DNA from: Bradyrhizobium sp.
Lineage (GTDB): Bacteria > Pseudomonadota > Alphaproteobacteria > Rhizobiales > Xanthobacteraceae
Reading direction: 5' to 3'
Length of the DNA: 64,000 nucleotides
Assembly (NCBI GenBank): GCA_018971675.1
Contig: JAGXAF010000001.1
Coordinates: 611 to 64,610 of the forward strand
Numbering within the stretch: position 1 is the stretch's first letter; each line of letters opens with the position of its first letter. The notes below the pieces were generated by a model. It searched no databases, was not told the origin of the DNA, and worked only from the letters and a program-made list of their open reading frames with translations. The translations under genes and the position numbers were made by a program. Shown here in pieces: positions 1 to 8,599 of the stretch.

Positions 1-1
1 T

Positions 2-334
2 CTCGCCCGCTTCGGGCCGCTCCTGGAAAATCATCCGATCTTTCCGGAGCGTGCCAATATCACGCTCGCCCATATTGTCGATCGCGATCACATCACCATT
101 CGCACCTGGGAGCGCGGCGCCGGCCTGACCAAGGCATGCGGCTCGGCGGCGTGCGCGACCGCGGTGGCCGCCGCGCGGCTCAAGCGCGCCAACCGCATTG
201 TCCAGATCGCGCTGCCCGGCGGCGAACTCTCGATCGAATGGCGCGAGCGAGACGATCACGTGCTGATGACGGGCACCGCGACGTTCGAATATGAAGGGAA
301 GTTCGATCCGGCGCTGTTTGCCACCGTCGCGTAA
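2..334 (+). CDS. dapF: diaminopimelate epimerase, 3' part (runs off window start)
   Basis: Manual translation from base 2: [20 protein letters not shown]...[19 protein letters not shown] (DapF motif WERGxGxTxACG); stop TAA 332-334. Not in the ORF track. Confidence 0.93.
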   Translation, partial: LARFGPLLENHPIFPERANITLAHIVDRDHITIRTWERGAGLTKACGSAACATAVAAARLKRANRIVQIALPGGELSIEWRERDDHVLMTGTATFEYEGKFDPALFATVA

Positions 335-336
335 CA

Positions 337-1608
337 ATGAGCGTCGATGTCCTCACCTTCGGCTGCCGCCTCAACGCCTTCGAATCCGAAGTGATCGCGC
401 GCGAGGCCGAGCGCGCCGGCCTGACCGATACCATCGTGATCAACAGCTGCGCGGTCACCAATGAAGCGGTGGCCCAGGCACGGCAGTCGATCCGCCGGCT
501 CAAGCGCGAGCGGCCCTCGGCGCGCATCGTGGTCACCGGTTGCGCGGCGCAGACGCAGGCCGAGATGTTCGCGGGCATGGCCGAGGTTGATCGCGTGGTC
601 GGCAATGACGACAAGATGCGCGGTGATACCTGGCGCGCGACGCACGCTGCCTTCGCCCGTGCGCCGGCGTTCGGCATCGAGAACCCCGGGAAAATCGCGG
701 TCTCCGACATCATGGCGGTGCGCGAGATGGCGCCGCATCTGCTGGACGGTTTCGCCAGGGGCCTGCCGCGGGCGTTCGTGCAGGTGCAGAACGGCTGCGA
801 TCACCGCTGCACCTTCTGCATCATCCCCTATGGCCGCGGCAATTCGCGCTCGGTGCCGATGGGCGGGGTGGTCGATCAGGTCCGCTCCCTGGTCGAGCGC
901 GGTCATGCCGAGGTGGTGCTGACCGGCGTCGACCTCACGGGCTACGGCGCGGACTTGCCGGGCGCGCCCAAACTGGGCCTGCTGACAAAGCAGGTCCTGC
1001 GGCATGTGCCGGAGCTGAAGCGCTTGCGGATTTCATCGATCGATCAGGTCGAGGTCGATCGCGATCTGCTTGATGTGATCGCCAGCGACGAACGCCTGAT
1101 GCCGCACCTGCATCTGTCACTGCAATCGGGCGACGACCTGGTCCTGAAGCGGATGAAGCGGCGGCATTCCAGGGCCGACGCGATCGATTTCTGCGCCCAG
1201 GTGCGGCGGCTGCGGCCCGATATCGCGCTTGGCGCCGACATCATCGCAGGCTTCCCGACCGAGTCGGAGGAGATGTTCGCGCGGTCGCAGGATCTGGTGG
1301 CGGAATGCGATCTCACCTTTCTTCACGTGTTTCCCTATTCGAGGCGGCCGGGCACGCCGGCGGCGCGTATGCCGCAGGTCGCCGGCGATATCATCAAATC
1401 GCGGTCGAGGCGCTTGCGAGAGGCGGGGCAGGCGGCGCTGCAACGGCGGCTCGATCGGGAATTGGGCTTCCGGCGGAGCGTATTGATCGAAAGCCCGACG
1501 CAAGGCCGCACCGAACACTTCATCCCTGTCGATATCAGCGGGGAGGCGGCGGGCGCGGTGCGGGCATTGACGATCAGCGGAAACGACGGCGCCCGATTGA
1601 CGGTGTGA
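337..1608 (+). CDS. mtaB: tRNA t6A37 methylthiotransferase (radical SAM)
   Basis: UPF0004 N-terminus (TFGCRLN, NSCAVT), radical-SAM CDHRCTFC, follows dapF. Confidence 0.93.
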   Translation: MSVDVLTFGCRLNAFESEVIAREAERAGLTDTIVINSCAVTNEAVAQARQSIRRLKRERPSARIVVTGCAAQTQAEMFAGMAEVDRVVGNDDKMRGDTWRATHAAFARAPAFGIENPGKIAVSDIMAVREMAPHLLDGFARGLPRAFVQVQNGCDHRCTFCIIPYGRGNSRSVPMGGVVDQVRSLVERGHAEVVLTGVDLTGYGADLPGAPKLGLLTKQVLRHVPELKRLRISSIDQVEVDRDLLDVIASDERLMPHLHLSLQSGDDLVLKRMKRRHSRADAIDFCAQVRRLRPDIALGADIIAGFPTESEEMFARSQDLVAECDLTFLHVFPYSRRPGTPAARMPQVAGDIIKSRSRRLREAGQAALQRRLDRELGFRRSVLIESPTQGRTEHFIPVDISGEAAGAVRALTISGNDGARLTV

Positions 1609-1622
1609 GCGTCCGGTACCGC

Positions 1623-1748
1623 TTAGAGCGTTTCGAGCGAAGCATGCCCTCGGACTTGATCCGTGGGTGGATACCGGTTCGCGTGAAGAAAACGCGTCAC
1701 AACAATCCAGAGCCCGTTCCGATTCCTTCGGAACGGAAACGGCTCTAA
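1623..1748. repeat. REP/RIME-like intergenic repeat, family A (GCGTTTTCGAGCGAAG..TGGATACCGGTTCGC), carrying a 25-nt insert
   Basis: Terminal inverted repeat TTAGAGC...GCTCTAA; near-identical to 51454-51527; related to 28014-28045, 43209-43262 and 49967-50037. Confidence 0.85.
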
Positions 1749-1749
1749 A

Positions 1750-2871
1750 TTAGTTCGGGTTCCTCGGCGCCGAGCGAACCTGCCAGAACCTGAGCAGGCG
1801 TTGCGCGCTCTCGGTTGTCATCCTGGTGAACTGGTTGTTGGCCTTGGCCAGTTCACGAGGCCCCATCGATCCCGTCGAATAGCGGCATCCCAGGATCGCG
1901 CTGGTGGTTTCCCAGCTCAATCCCGCGGCCTTGCAGGGAACCAGCACGCCATCGTCGCGCAGGCTTTGCATCAGCGGGCGAATGACCTCGATTGACGAAT
2001 TCGACAGCACCGCCAGGGCGGCGACGGTTTCTTCATATTTCCGGGCCCTGGCGAAAGCAAACAATGCCGCTTCGCCGAGTTTGCCGCTGGCGTTGAGTAT
2101 TTCCACAAACTGCCTGGCCGCGGTGAAGTCGCGCGCGCCCATTTCGCGATCGACGCTGGCCGAGACCCTGGCAATCGAGTTTCGGATTTCCTCGAACAGG
2201 TGCGATGGCGCCCGCGACAACAGCCGCGATCTCACCGTTTCCGTCGCGTTGCGCAGCAATTGGTCACGAAGCTCCGGCGGCAGATCGACGCGGATGCCGG
2301 CCTCGACGGCGAGTTCGGGGTCGGACTCCGCCTGCGACACCACGATGGCAAATCCGCTGGCCGAAACCCGCGCGCCCGGATTCTTGACGAGCCGGCGGCT
2401 GACGGCGGGGTATTGCCGCGCCAGCAACGCGTCGGTGACGATCTCGGTCAACCACCAGCGGCCTGAAATCGCCAGCAGATGCTGCTCGCTCTTGGTCCCG
2501 GCGATTTCGACCAGATCCTCCGTGCTTAGGCGCGACGATTCGCTCAGCACCGGGCCCGCAACCATGATCGAGTCGTTCCGTGCCAGGCGGCGGATGACGG
2601 TGGGCGGCGCCTGGGCAACCCCCGCCAGTTGCAGGCTGGTTTCAACCAGCGCGACCCGCGCGCTGACCTCGGCAATCGCCCTGATCTCGATCGTCTTGAT
2701 AAGGCGTTCGAGCACCCGGTCGAACAGCTCGATCTGCTCGCTGCTGAAGTTACCGGCCGACGCCAGAAACAGCGAGGTCACACGCCTGACCGTTTCCAGG
2801 CTCTTCTCCGCCGAGCCGAGACTGATCGCCTGTTCGACTTCACGGATGATCGATTGCTCGGCGTTCAACAT
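1750..2871 (-). CDS. DUF2336 domain-containing protein
   Basis: 373 aa with family-typical motifs (AP..VIRRLA.ND...VAGPVL..S..LS.EDLVEIA; HLLAIS.R..L...VTD.L). Confidence 0.85.
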   Translation of the reverse strand: MLNAEQSIIREVEQAISLGSAEKSLETVRRVTSLFLASAGNFSSEQIELFDRVLERLIKTIEIRAIAEVSARVALVETSLQLAGVAQAPPTVIRRLARNDSIMVAGPVLSESSRLSTEDLVEIAGTKSEQHLLAISGRWWLTEIVTDALLARQYPAVSRRLVKNPGARVSASGFAIVVSQAESDPELAVEAGIRVDLPPELRDQLLRNATETVRSRLLSRAPSHLFEEIRNSIARVSASVDREMGARDFTAARQFVEILNASGKLGEAALFAFARARKYEETVAALAVLSNSSIEVIRPLMQSLRDDGVLVPCKAAGLSWETTSAILGCRYSTGSMGPRELAKANNQFTRMTTESAQRLLRFWQVRSAPRNPN

Positions 2872-3004
2872 CGCTCATCCTGAGCTGCGTTAGCGACTCT
2901 TCTGGACAAACACCCTGTGTAGGGCCAACAACTAAATGTTCCGTAAAAGTTTAGCGATCGTGCCCAGGCGAGCCCAGGATGGCCGCCGCACCGGATCCGC
3001 AGAA

Positions 3005-3862
3005 CTACTCCCCGTTCCACCCGCAGGCCCTGAGCCGCTCGTGCAGATGGGCTGGCGCCGGCGCGGTCACGCTGACCGGGTCCTTGTTCCTCGAAATCGG
3101 GACCACGATACTGCGGGCATGCAGGTGCAGCCGCGGCTCACCGCTGCGCGGACCGTTGCCATAGATGTTATCGCCGACGATCGGCCAGCCCAGCGCGCGG
3201 GCATGTACCCGCAACTGATGCGTGCGGCCGGTTACCGGCTCCATCGCAAGCCATGTCAGGGGTCTTGCTTCTCCCTCGTCCCTTGCGGGGGAGGGTCGGG
3301 GTGGGGGGTCTACATGGATGGCGCTGTTGCTCGCCCCCACCCCCGACCTCGAGAGCGAGCTATGCTCGCCTCGGACCCCGCAAGGGGGAGGGGAGAAGAA
3401 ACCGCGTCCGAGTACTTTCCATCTGGTGACCGCCGGCTGGCCATTCGGATCGGGCTTCTGCCACCAGCCGCGCTCGGCGTTGAGGCGGCCGAGCGGCATG
3501 TCGATGGTGCCCTCGTCCTCGGCGGGGCCGCCCTCGACCACCGCCCAGTAGGTCTTGGAAACCCTGCCATGCTTGAACAGCAATCCGAGCGAGGCGGTGG
3601 CCTTGCGGTGACGGCCGAGAACAAGGCATCCGGAGGTATCACGGTCGAGCCGGTGCGCCAGAACCGGCGGTCGCGGCAGGCCGAATCGCAACGCGTCGAA
3701 CGAGGTTTCGAGGTTGGCGCCGCCCTTGGGGCCGCGGTGCACCGGCAGCCCGGCCGGCTTGTCGATCACCAGCATCAGGCCATCGCGATGGAGCACGCGT
3801 GCCTGGATTTCTTCCGCCGAAAGTTCGGGAACATCCCCGCGTTGGTTGTGACTTTCGTTCAT
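3005..3862 (-). CDS. RluA-family pseudouridine synthase with an ~44-aa repeat-derived insertion
   Basis: Motifs IDKPAGL, HRLDRDTSG (catalytic Asp), TGRTHQLRVH, PIVGDxxYG, LHLHA. Confidence 0.93.
   Translation of the reverse strand: MNESHNQRGDVPELSAEEIQARVLHRDGLMLVIDKPAGLPVHRGPKGGANLETSFDALRFGLPRPPVLAHRLDRDTSGCLVLGRHRKATASLGLLFKHGRVSKTYWAVVEGGPAEDEGTIDMPLGRLNAERGWWQKPDPNGQPAVTRWKVLGRGFFSPPPCGVRGEHSSLSRSGVGASNSAIHVDPPPRPSPARDEGEARPLTWLAMEPVTGRTHQLRVHARALGWPIVGDNIYGNGPRSGEPRLHLHARSIVVPISRNKDPVSVTAPAPAHLHERLRACGWNGE
3268..3398. repeat. palindromic REP/MITE-like element inside the rluA-like CDS
   Basis: Outer IR CTTCTCCCTCGTCCCTTGCGGGG / CCCCGCAAGGGGGAGGGGAGAAG; inner IR GGTCGGGGTGGGGG / CCCCCACCCCCGACC. 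Confidence 0.85.
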
Positions 3863-3890
3863 GACGCGAAACGGCTAACACACCCCCATC

Positions 3891-4835
3891 ATGAGCGATA
3901 CCACTCCGGAAAAGACAAAACAGAGCTGGTGGCGGCGGCTATCCGGCGGGCTGAAGCGGACCTCGAGTGCGCTCGGTTCCGCGGTCGCCGATCTCGTCAC
4001 CAAACGCAAGCTCGATCGCGCGATGCTCGAGGACATCGAGGACGTGCTGCTGCGGGCCGATCTCGGCACCGAGGTCGCGGCGCGGATCGCGGCCGCGGTT
4101 GGCGACGGCCGCTACGACAAGGCCATCTCCGCGGATGAGGTCAAAACCGTGGTCGCGACCGAAGTCGAGAAGGTGCTGTCGCCGGTGGCGAAGCCGCTGG
4201 TGATCGACGGGGCGCAAAAGCCGTTCGTGATCCTCGTGGTCGGCGTCAACGGTTCCGGCAAGACCACCACCATCGGCAAGCTGGCTGCCAAACTGGCCGC
4301 CGAGGGCCGCAAGGTGATGCTGGCGGCCGGTGACACCTTTCGCGCCGCCGCGATCGAACAACTCAAGATCTGGGGTGAGCGCACCAGATCGCCCGTGATC
4401 GCGGGCGCGCAGGGCTCGGACTCCGCGGGTCTTGCCTTCAATGCATTGAACGCGGCGCGCGACGGCAGGCTTGACGTATTGCTGATCGATACCGCCGGCC
4501 GTCTGCAGAACAAGGCCGAACTGATGAACGAGCTCGAGAAGGTCGTGCGCGTGATCCGCAAGGTCGATGCAGCGGCGCCGCATGCGGTGCTGCTGGTGCT
4601 CGATGCCACCGTCGGACAGAATGCGCTGTCGCAGGTCGAGGCATTCTATCGGACCGCCGGTGTGACGGGGCTTGTCATGACCAAGCTCGACGGCACCGCG
4701 CGTGGCGGCATCCTGGTGGCGCTTGCGGAAAAACACAAGCTGCCGGTGCACTTCATCGGCGTCGGCGAAGGCATCGACGATCTCGCGCCGTTTACCGCGC
4801 GCGACTTCGCGCAGGCGATCGCAGGAATTGGATGA
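3891..4835 (+). CDS. ftsY: signal recognition particle receptor FtsY
   Basis: GVNGSGKTTTIGKLA, DTFRAAA, DTAGR, TKLDGTARGG. Confidence 0.97.
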   Translation: MSDTTPEKTKQSWWRRLSGGLKRTSSALGSAVADLVTKRKLDRAMLEDIEDVLLRADLGTEVAARIAAAVGDGRYDKAISADEVKTVVATEVEKVLSPVAKPLVIDGAQKPFVILVVGVNGSGKTTTIGKLAAKLAAEGRKVMLAAGDTFRAAAIEQLKIWGERTRSPVIAGAQGSDSAGLAFNALNAARDGRLDVLLIDTAGRLQNKAELMNELEKVVRVIRKVDAAAPHAVLLVLDATVGQNALSQVEAFYRTAGVTGLVMTKLDGTARGGILVALAEKHKLPVHFIGVGEGIDDLAPFTARDFAQAIAGIG

Positions 4836-5441
4836 ATGATGGACAAGACGCAACCGCATCCCGTGTTCAAGCTTGCGACCGAACTCGGGCCGCTTCTGGT
4901 GTTCTTTGCCGCCAACGCCAAATTCCAGCTGTTCGTGGCGACCGGCGCCTTCATGGTGGCGGTGACCGCTGCGATGATTGCGTCCTATGTGGTGACGCGG
5001 CACGTGCCTCTCATGGCGCTGGTCACCGGAATTGTCGTCATCGTGTTCGGTACGCTGACGCTGGTGCTGCACGACGAGACCTTTATCAAGGTCAAACCCA
5101 CCATTATCTACGGCCTGTTCGCGGCGGTCCTCGGCGGTGGCCTGCTGTTCGGCCGTTCCTACATCGCGATCATGTTCGATCAGGTGTTCAATCTGACGCC
5201 GCAGGGTTGGCGCAGTCTGACCTTGCGCTGGGCGCTGTTCTTTTTAGGGATGGCGATCCTGAACGAGATTATCTGGCGCACCCGGAGCACGGATTTCTGG
5301 GTAGCGTTCAAGGCATTCGGCGTCATTCCGCTGACAATGGGATTTGCGATCGCCCAGATGCCGCTGATCAAGCGCCACCATCTGGAGCCCGCCACGATGG
5401 AGACGAGCGAGGCCGAAGCCGGCGATGTGAGCAAGGGGTAA
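4836..5441 (+). CDS. ispZ: septation protein A / YciB family membrane protein
   Basis: [24 protein letters not shown] motifs; follows ftsY. Confidence 0.9.
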   Translation: MMDKTQPHPVFKLATELGPLLVFFAANAKFQLFVATGAFMVAVTAAMIASYVVTRHVPLMALVTGIVVIVFGTLTLVLHDETFIKVKPTIIYGLFAAVLGGGLLFGRSYIAIMFDQVFNLTPQGWRSLTLRWALFFLGMAILNEIIWRTRSTDFWVAFKAFGVIPLTMGFAIAQMPLIKRHHLEPATMETSEAEAGDVSKG

Positions 5442-5463
5442 GACCGTCGCAACGACGATCAAC

Positions 5464-6057
5464 TCAGGACCCGGTCTTCAAGGCTTTGTCGATCTCGGCC
5501 TTGACCACCGTGTCGATATTTTCAGCCGTCACCGGTCCGACCAGCTTGTAGAGGATCTTGCCGTCGCGCCCGATGATGAAGGTTTCCGGCACGCCATAGA
5601 TGCCCCATTCGATCGCGGCGCGGCCGTTGCTGTCGACACCGACGATGCCGAATGGGTTGCCGTAGCGGCCCAGAAAGCGCCGGGCGTTATCGGCCGTATC
5701 CTTGTAGTTGATCCCGACCAGTTGCAACCGCTTGTCCTGGCCGAGCTGGATCAAGAGCGGCGCTTCTTCATGGCACGGCACGCACCAGGAGGCCCAGACA
5801 TTGACCAGGCTGACCTTGCCCTTGAATGCGCCGGGGTCGAGGCCGGGCACCGGGCGGCCATCCGCGACCAGACCCTGTAATGCCGGAAGCGCGGTTTGCG
5901 GTACCGGCCGGCCGATCAGGGCGGAGGGAATCCTGGACGGATCGCCTTGCTGCAGGCCGAACCAGAACAGGGCTGCCAGCGCCACAAAGCCCACGAGTGG
6001 CAGGGCCATCAGCCAGGGACGGCGCCGCGGCGGAGCAGATGCAGCGGGATCGCTCAT
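5464..6057 (-). CDS. ccmG: cytochrome c biogenesis thiol:disulfide oxidoreductase CcmG/DsbE
   Basis: N-terminal [17 protein letters not shown]; ccm operon context. Confidence 0.93.
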   Translation of the reverse strand: MSDPAASAPPRRRPWLMALPLVGFVALAALFWFGLQQGDPSRIPSALIGRPVPQTALPALQGLVADGRPVPGLDPGAFKGKVSLVNVWASWCVPCHEEAPLLIQLGQDKRLQLVGINYKDTADNARRFLGRYGNPFGIVGVDSNGRAAIEWGIYGVPETFIIGRDGKILYKLVGPVTAENIDTVVKAEIDKALKTGS

Positions 6058-6233
6058 CGTGTGTCCGCGGCGCTGCGGCCGGAGCGCCGGACAATCCCGC
6101 TGGCCTCGAGTTCGCGCAGGCGGCGCGTCTGCCGGCGGTAGTCGAGCGCGATCCAGACAATGAGAAACAGCACCACCGCTGTGACCAGCAGATAGGATGT
6201 CACGATAAAGGAGGCGTAGGGACCGAGCGACAT
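6054..6233 (-). CDS. ccmD: heme exporter protein CcmD (59 aa, below ORF-track cutoff)
   Basis: Manual translation [59 protein letters not shown]; lies between ccmC and ccmG; ATGA overlap with ccmG start. Confidence 0.9.
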   Translation of the reverse strand: MSLGPYASFIVTSYLLVTAVVLFLIVWIALDYRRQTRRLRELEASGIVRRSGRSAADTR

Positions 6234-6237
6234 CGGT

Positions 6238-6981
6238 TCACGCCGCCTGCCGGCTGGCTTGCATCATCTGCAAGCTGCGCACCCGGCGCCGCAGGATCTC
6301 GTTGCGCATCGCGGCCAGGTGCAATGTGACGAACAACAGGGAAAACGCCACCGCCATCACCAGAAGCGGAATCAGGAAGGAACGGTCGAGCGTCGGCCCG
6401 CCCATCCGGAACACGGAGGCCGGCTGGTGCAGCGTATTCCACCAGTCGACCGAGAACTTGATGATCGGCAGGTTGATCGCGCCAACCAGCGTCAGGACGG
6501 CGGCGGCGCGCGCCGCGCGCGAGGGATCTTCAACCGCGCGCCATAGTGCCATCAATCCGAGATACATCAGGAACAGAATCAGCACCGAGGTCAGCCGCGC
6601 ATCCCATTCCCAATAGGTGCCCCACATCGGCCGGCCCCACAGCGAACCCGTCACCAGCGCGAGAAAGGTGAACGCCGCGCCGATCGGCGCCGCTGCCTTG
6701 GCAGCGACGTCGGCGAGCGGATGCCGCCACACCAGCGTGCCCAGCGCCGCGACGCTCATCACGCTCCAGACGAACATCGACAGCCACGCATTGGGCACGT
6801 GGATGAACATGATCTTCACGGTGGCGCCCTGCTGGTAATCGTCGGGGGCCAGGGCCGATTGATAGAGCCCGATCGCCAGCAGGATCGCGGTCGCAGCCGT
6901 CAGCCACGGCAGCACGCGTGCCGTCAGCGACAGGAACCTGGTGGGATTGGCGAGATCGGTCAGCGTCGTCGTTAGCGTCAT
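6238..6981 (-). CDS. ccmC: heme exporter protein CcmC
   Basis: [17 protein letters not shown] signature, HVP and LHQ histidines; start placed at MTLTTT (6981). Confidence 0.95.
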   Translation of the reverse strand: MTLTTTLTDLANPTRFLSLTARVLPWLTAATAILLAIGLYQSALAPDDYQQGATVKIMFIHVPNAWLSMFVWSVMSVAALGTLVWRHPLADVAAKAAAPIGAAFTFLALVTGSLWGRPMWGTYWEWDARLTSVLILFLMYLGLMALWRAVEDPSRAARAAAVLTLVGAINLPIIKFSVDWWNTLHQPASVFRMGGPTLDRSFLIPLLVMAVAFSLLFVTLHLAAMRNEILRRRVRSLQMMQASRQAA

Positions 6982-7072
6982 GGGCTTCCTGATAGTCGAC
7001 ACGGCCGTCACAGGCAATCTTTCACGCCGCGCAATTTCGCTTGATCGGACCGGTTCATCGGGGTCGATCCTC

Positions 7073-7741
7073 CTAATCCAGTCCGTGTCGCAGGCTGGCG
7101 GCTGCGGCAAAGGGTCCGACCACGAAACTGACCAGCGACAACGCGGCCAGGATCGAAAACGGCGTTCCGAACGAGACCGGCCCGGAAATCGCGGCTTCCG
7201 ACGCGGCGACGCCGAAAATCAGCACCGGGATCGACAGTGGCAGCACCAGCACCGCGAGCAGCAGGCCGCCGCGATGCAGGGTCACGGCCAGCGCCGCGCC
7301 GATGATGCCGGTAAAGGTCAGCGCCGGCGTGCCGACCAGTAGCGTCAGCGCGACGGCAAGCGTCGAACCCGCGTCGAGATTCAACAGTAGTCCCAGCACC
7401 GGCGTGGCGACGATCAGCGGCACGCCGGCCGCGATCCAGTGCGCCAGCGCCTTGGCGGCGCAGCTCAGTTCCAGCGGCGTCCGGCTCATCGCGATCAGAT
7501 CAAGCGAGCCGTCGTCATGATCGGCCATGAAAAGGCGGTCGAGCGTGAGCAGGCTCGCAAGCAGCGCGCCAAGCCAGAGGATCGCAGGTCCCAGCCGGGC
7601 CAGCAGCGCGAGGTCCGGCCCGATCGCGAACGGCATCAGCACCACCACGGTCAGGAAAAACAGCACACCGATCAGTGCGCCGCCGCCGACGCGCAACGCG
7701 ATCCGGATATCCCGTCGAATCAGTGCGGTGAGAGCGGTCAT
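7073..7741 (-). CDS. ccmB: heme exporter protein CcmB
   Basis: LF..D.DDGSL, LPL.IPVLIFG motifs; start at MTALTAL (7741). Confidence 0.94.
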   Translation of the reverse strand: MTALTALIRRDIRIALRVGGGALIGVLFFLTVVVLMPFAIGPDLALLARLGPAILWLGALLASLLTLDRLFMADHDDGSLDLIAMSRTPLELSCAAKALAHWIAAGVPLIVATPVLGLLLNLDAGSTLAVALTLLVGTPALTFTGIIGAALAVTLHRGGLLLAVLVLPLSIPVLIFGVAASEAAISGPVSFGTPFSILAALSLVSFVVGPFAAAASLRHGLD

Positions 7742-7769
7742 GCCGCACCGCCTCGCAATAGATGCGACG

Positions 7770-8372
7770 TCATGTCCGACCCCCGATCCGCAATTCCTTG
7801 GCCTCGAGGCCCAATGGGGCATGGGTTGCGGCGACCACGACGCCGCCGCGAGCGAGGTGGTCGCGCGTCACGTTGGCGAACAACGTCTGTCCGGCGCTAT
7901 CGAGCGCCGAAGTCGGTTCATCCAGCAGCCAGATCGGGCGGCGCACCGTGAGCAACCGCGCGATCGACAGCCGGCGCCGCTGACCAGCCGACAGATACGC
8001 CGCGGGCAGATGCCTGGCATGCTCGATCCCGACCAGCTTCAGGCATTGCCCGGCGTCGGAAATCTCGCCGCCCAGGAAATCCCGCCAGAACGACAGGTTC
8101 TCCAGGACGCTGAGCGCCGGCTTCAGGGCGTCGCGGTGGCCGAGATAATGGGCCTGCTCGGCCAGCGTCAGCTCCGGCTCGCCGCCTTCGAGGTCGATCG
8201 ATCCGCCGGTCAACGCGATGTGCCCGGCGATGGTTCGCAGCAACGAGGTCTTGCCGGATCCGTTGGCGCCGGTCACCGCCAGAGCCTGGCCCGAGGACAC
8301 CGAAAAATCGAGGCCGGACAGCACCTCCCGGCCGCCTCGCACGCATCTGACACCACGTCCGGAGAGCTGCAT
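7770..8372 (-). CDS. ccmA: heme ABC exporter ATP-binding protein CcmA
   Basis: [26 protein letters not shown]. Confidence 0.95.
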   Translation of the reverse strand: MQLSGRGVRCVRGGREVLSGLDFSVSSGQALAVTGANGSGKTSLLRTIAGHIALTGGSIDLEGGEPELTLAEQAHYLGHRDALKPALSVLENLSFWRDFLGGEISDAGQCLKLVGIEHARHLPAAYLSAGQRRRLSIARLLTVRRPIWLLDEPTSALDSAGQTLFANVTRDHLARGGVVVAATHAPLGLEAKELRIGGRT

Positions 8373-8599
8373 TTTCCGTTATCCAAGCCCTCTGGGACGC
8401 CGTGGGTACCGCAGCGGAATTTGTAGGTGAGGCCCTGCCGCGAGCCGATGGTGGTGTGGCAGTGCCGATGGAAAGACTCTAAAAGGTTCTATAACCCCGG
8501 ACTTTGATGCAGCACATGATCCGGCGCCGCAAGTCATCAGCGTAGCTGATAGGTATCAAAATACCATAAACGGGTGCAACCAGGAACTGGATTCTTCAC

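Noticed and set aside
8478-8507. Possible Irr ICE box (TCTAAAA-GG-TTCTATA) and FixK-like half site (TTGATGCAGCACAT) upstream of acnA
   Set aside because: ICE spacer is 2 nt instead of 3 with several mismatches, and the FixK right half is poor; too degenerate to call.
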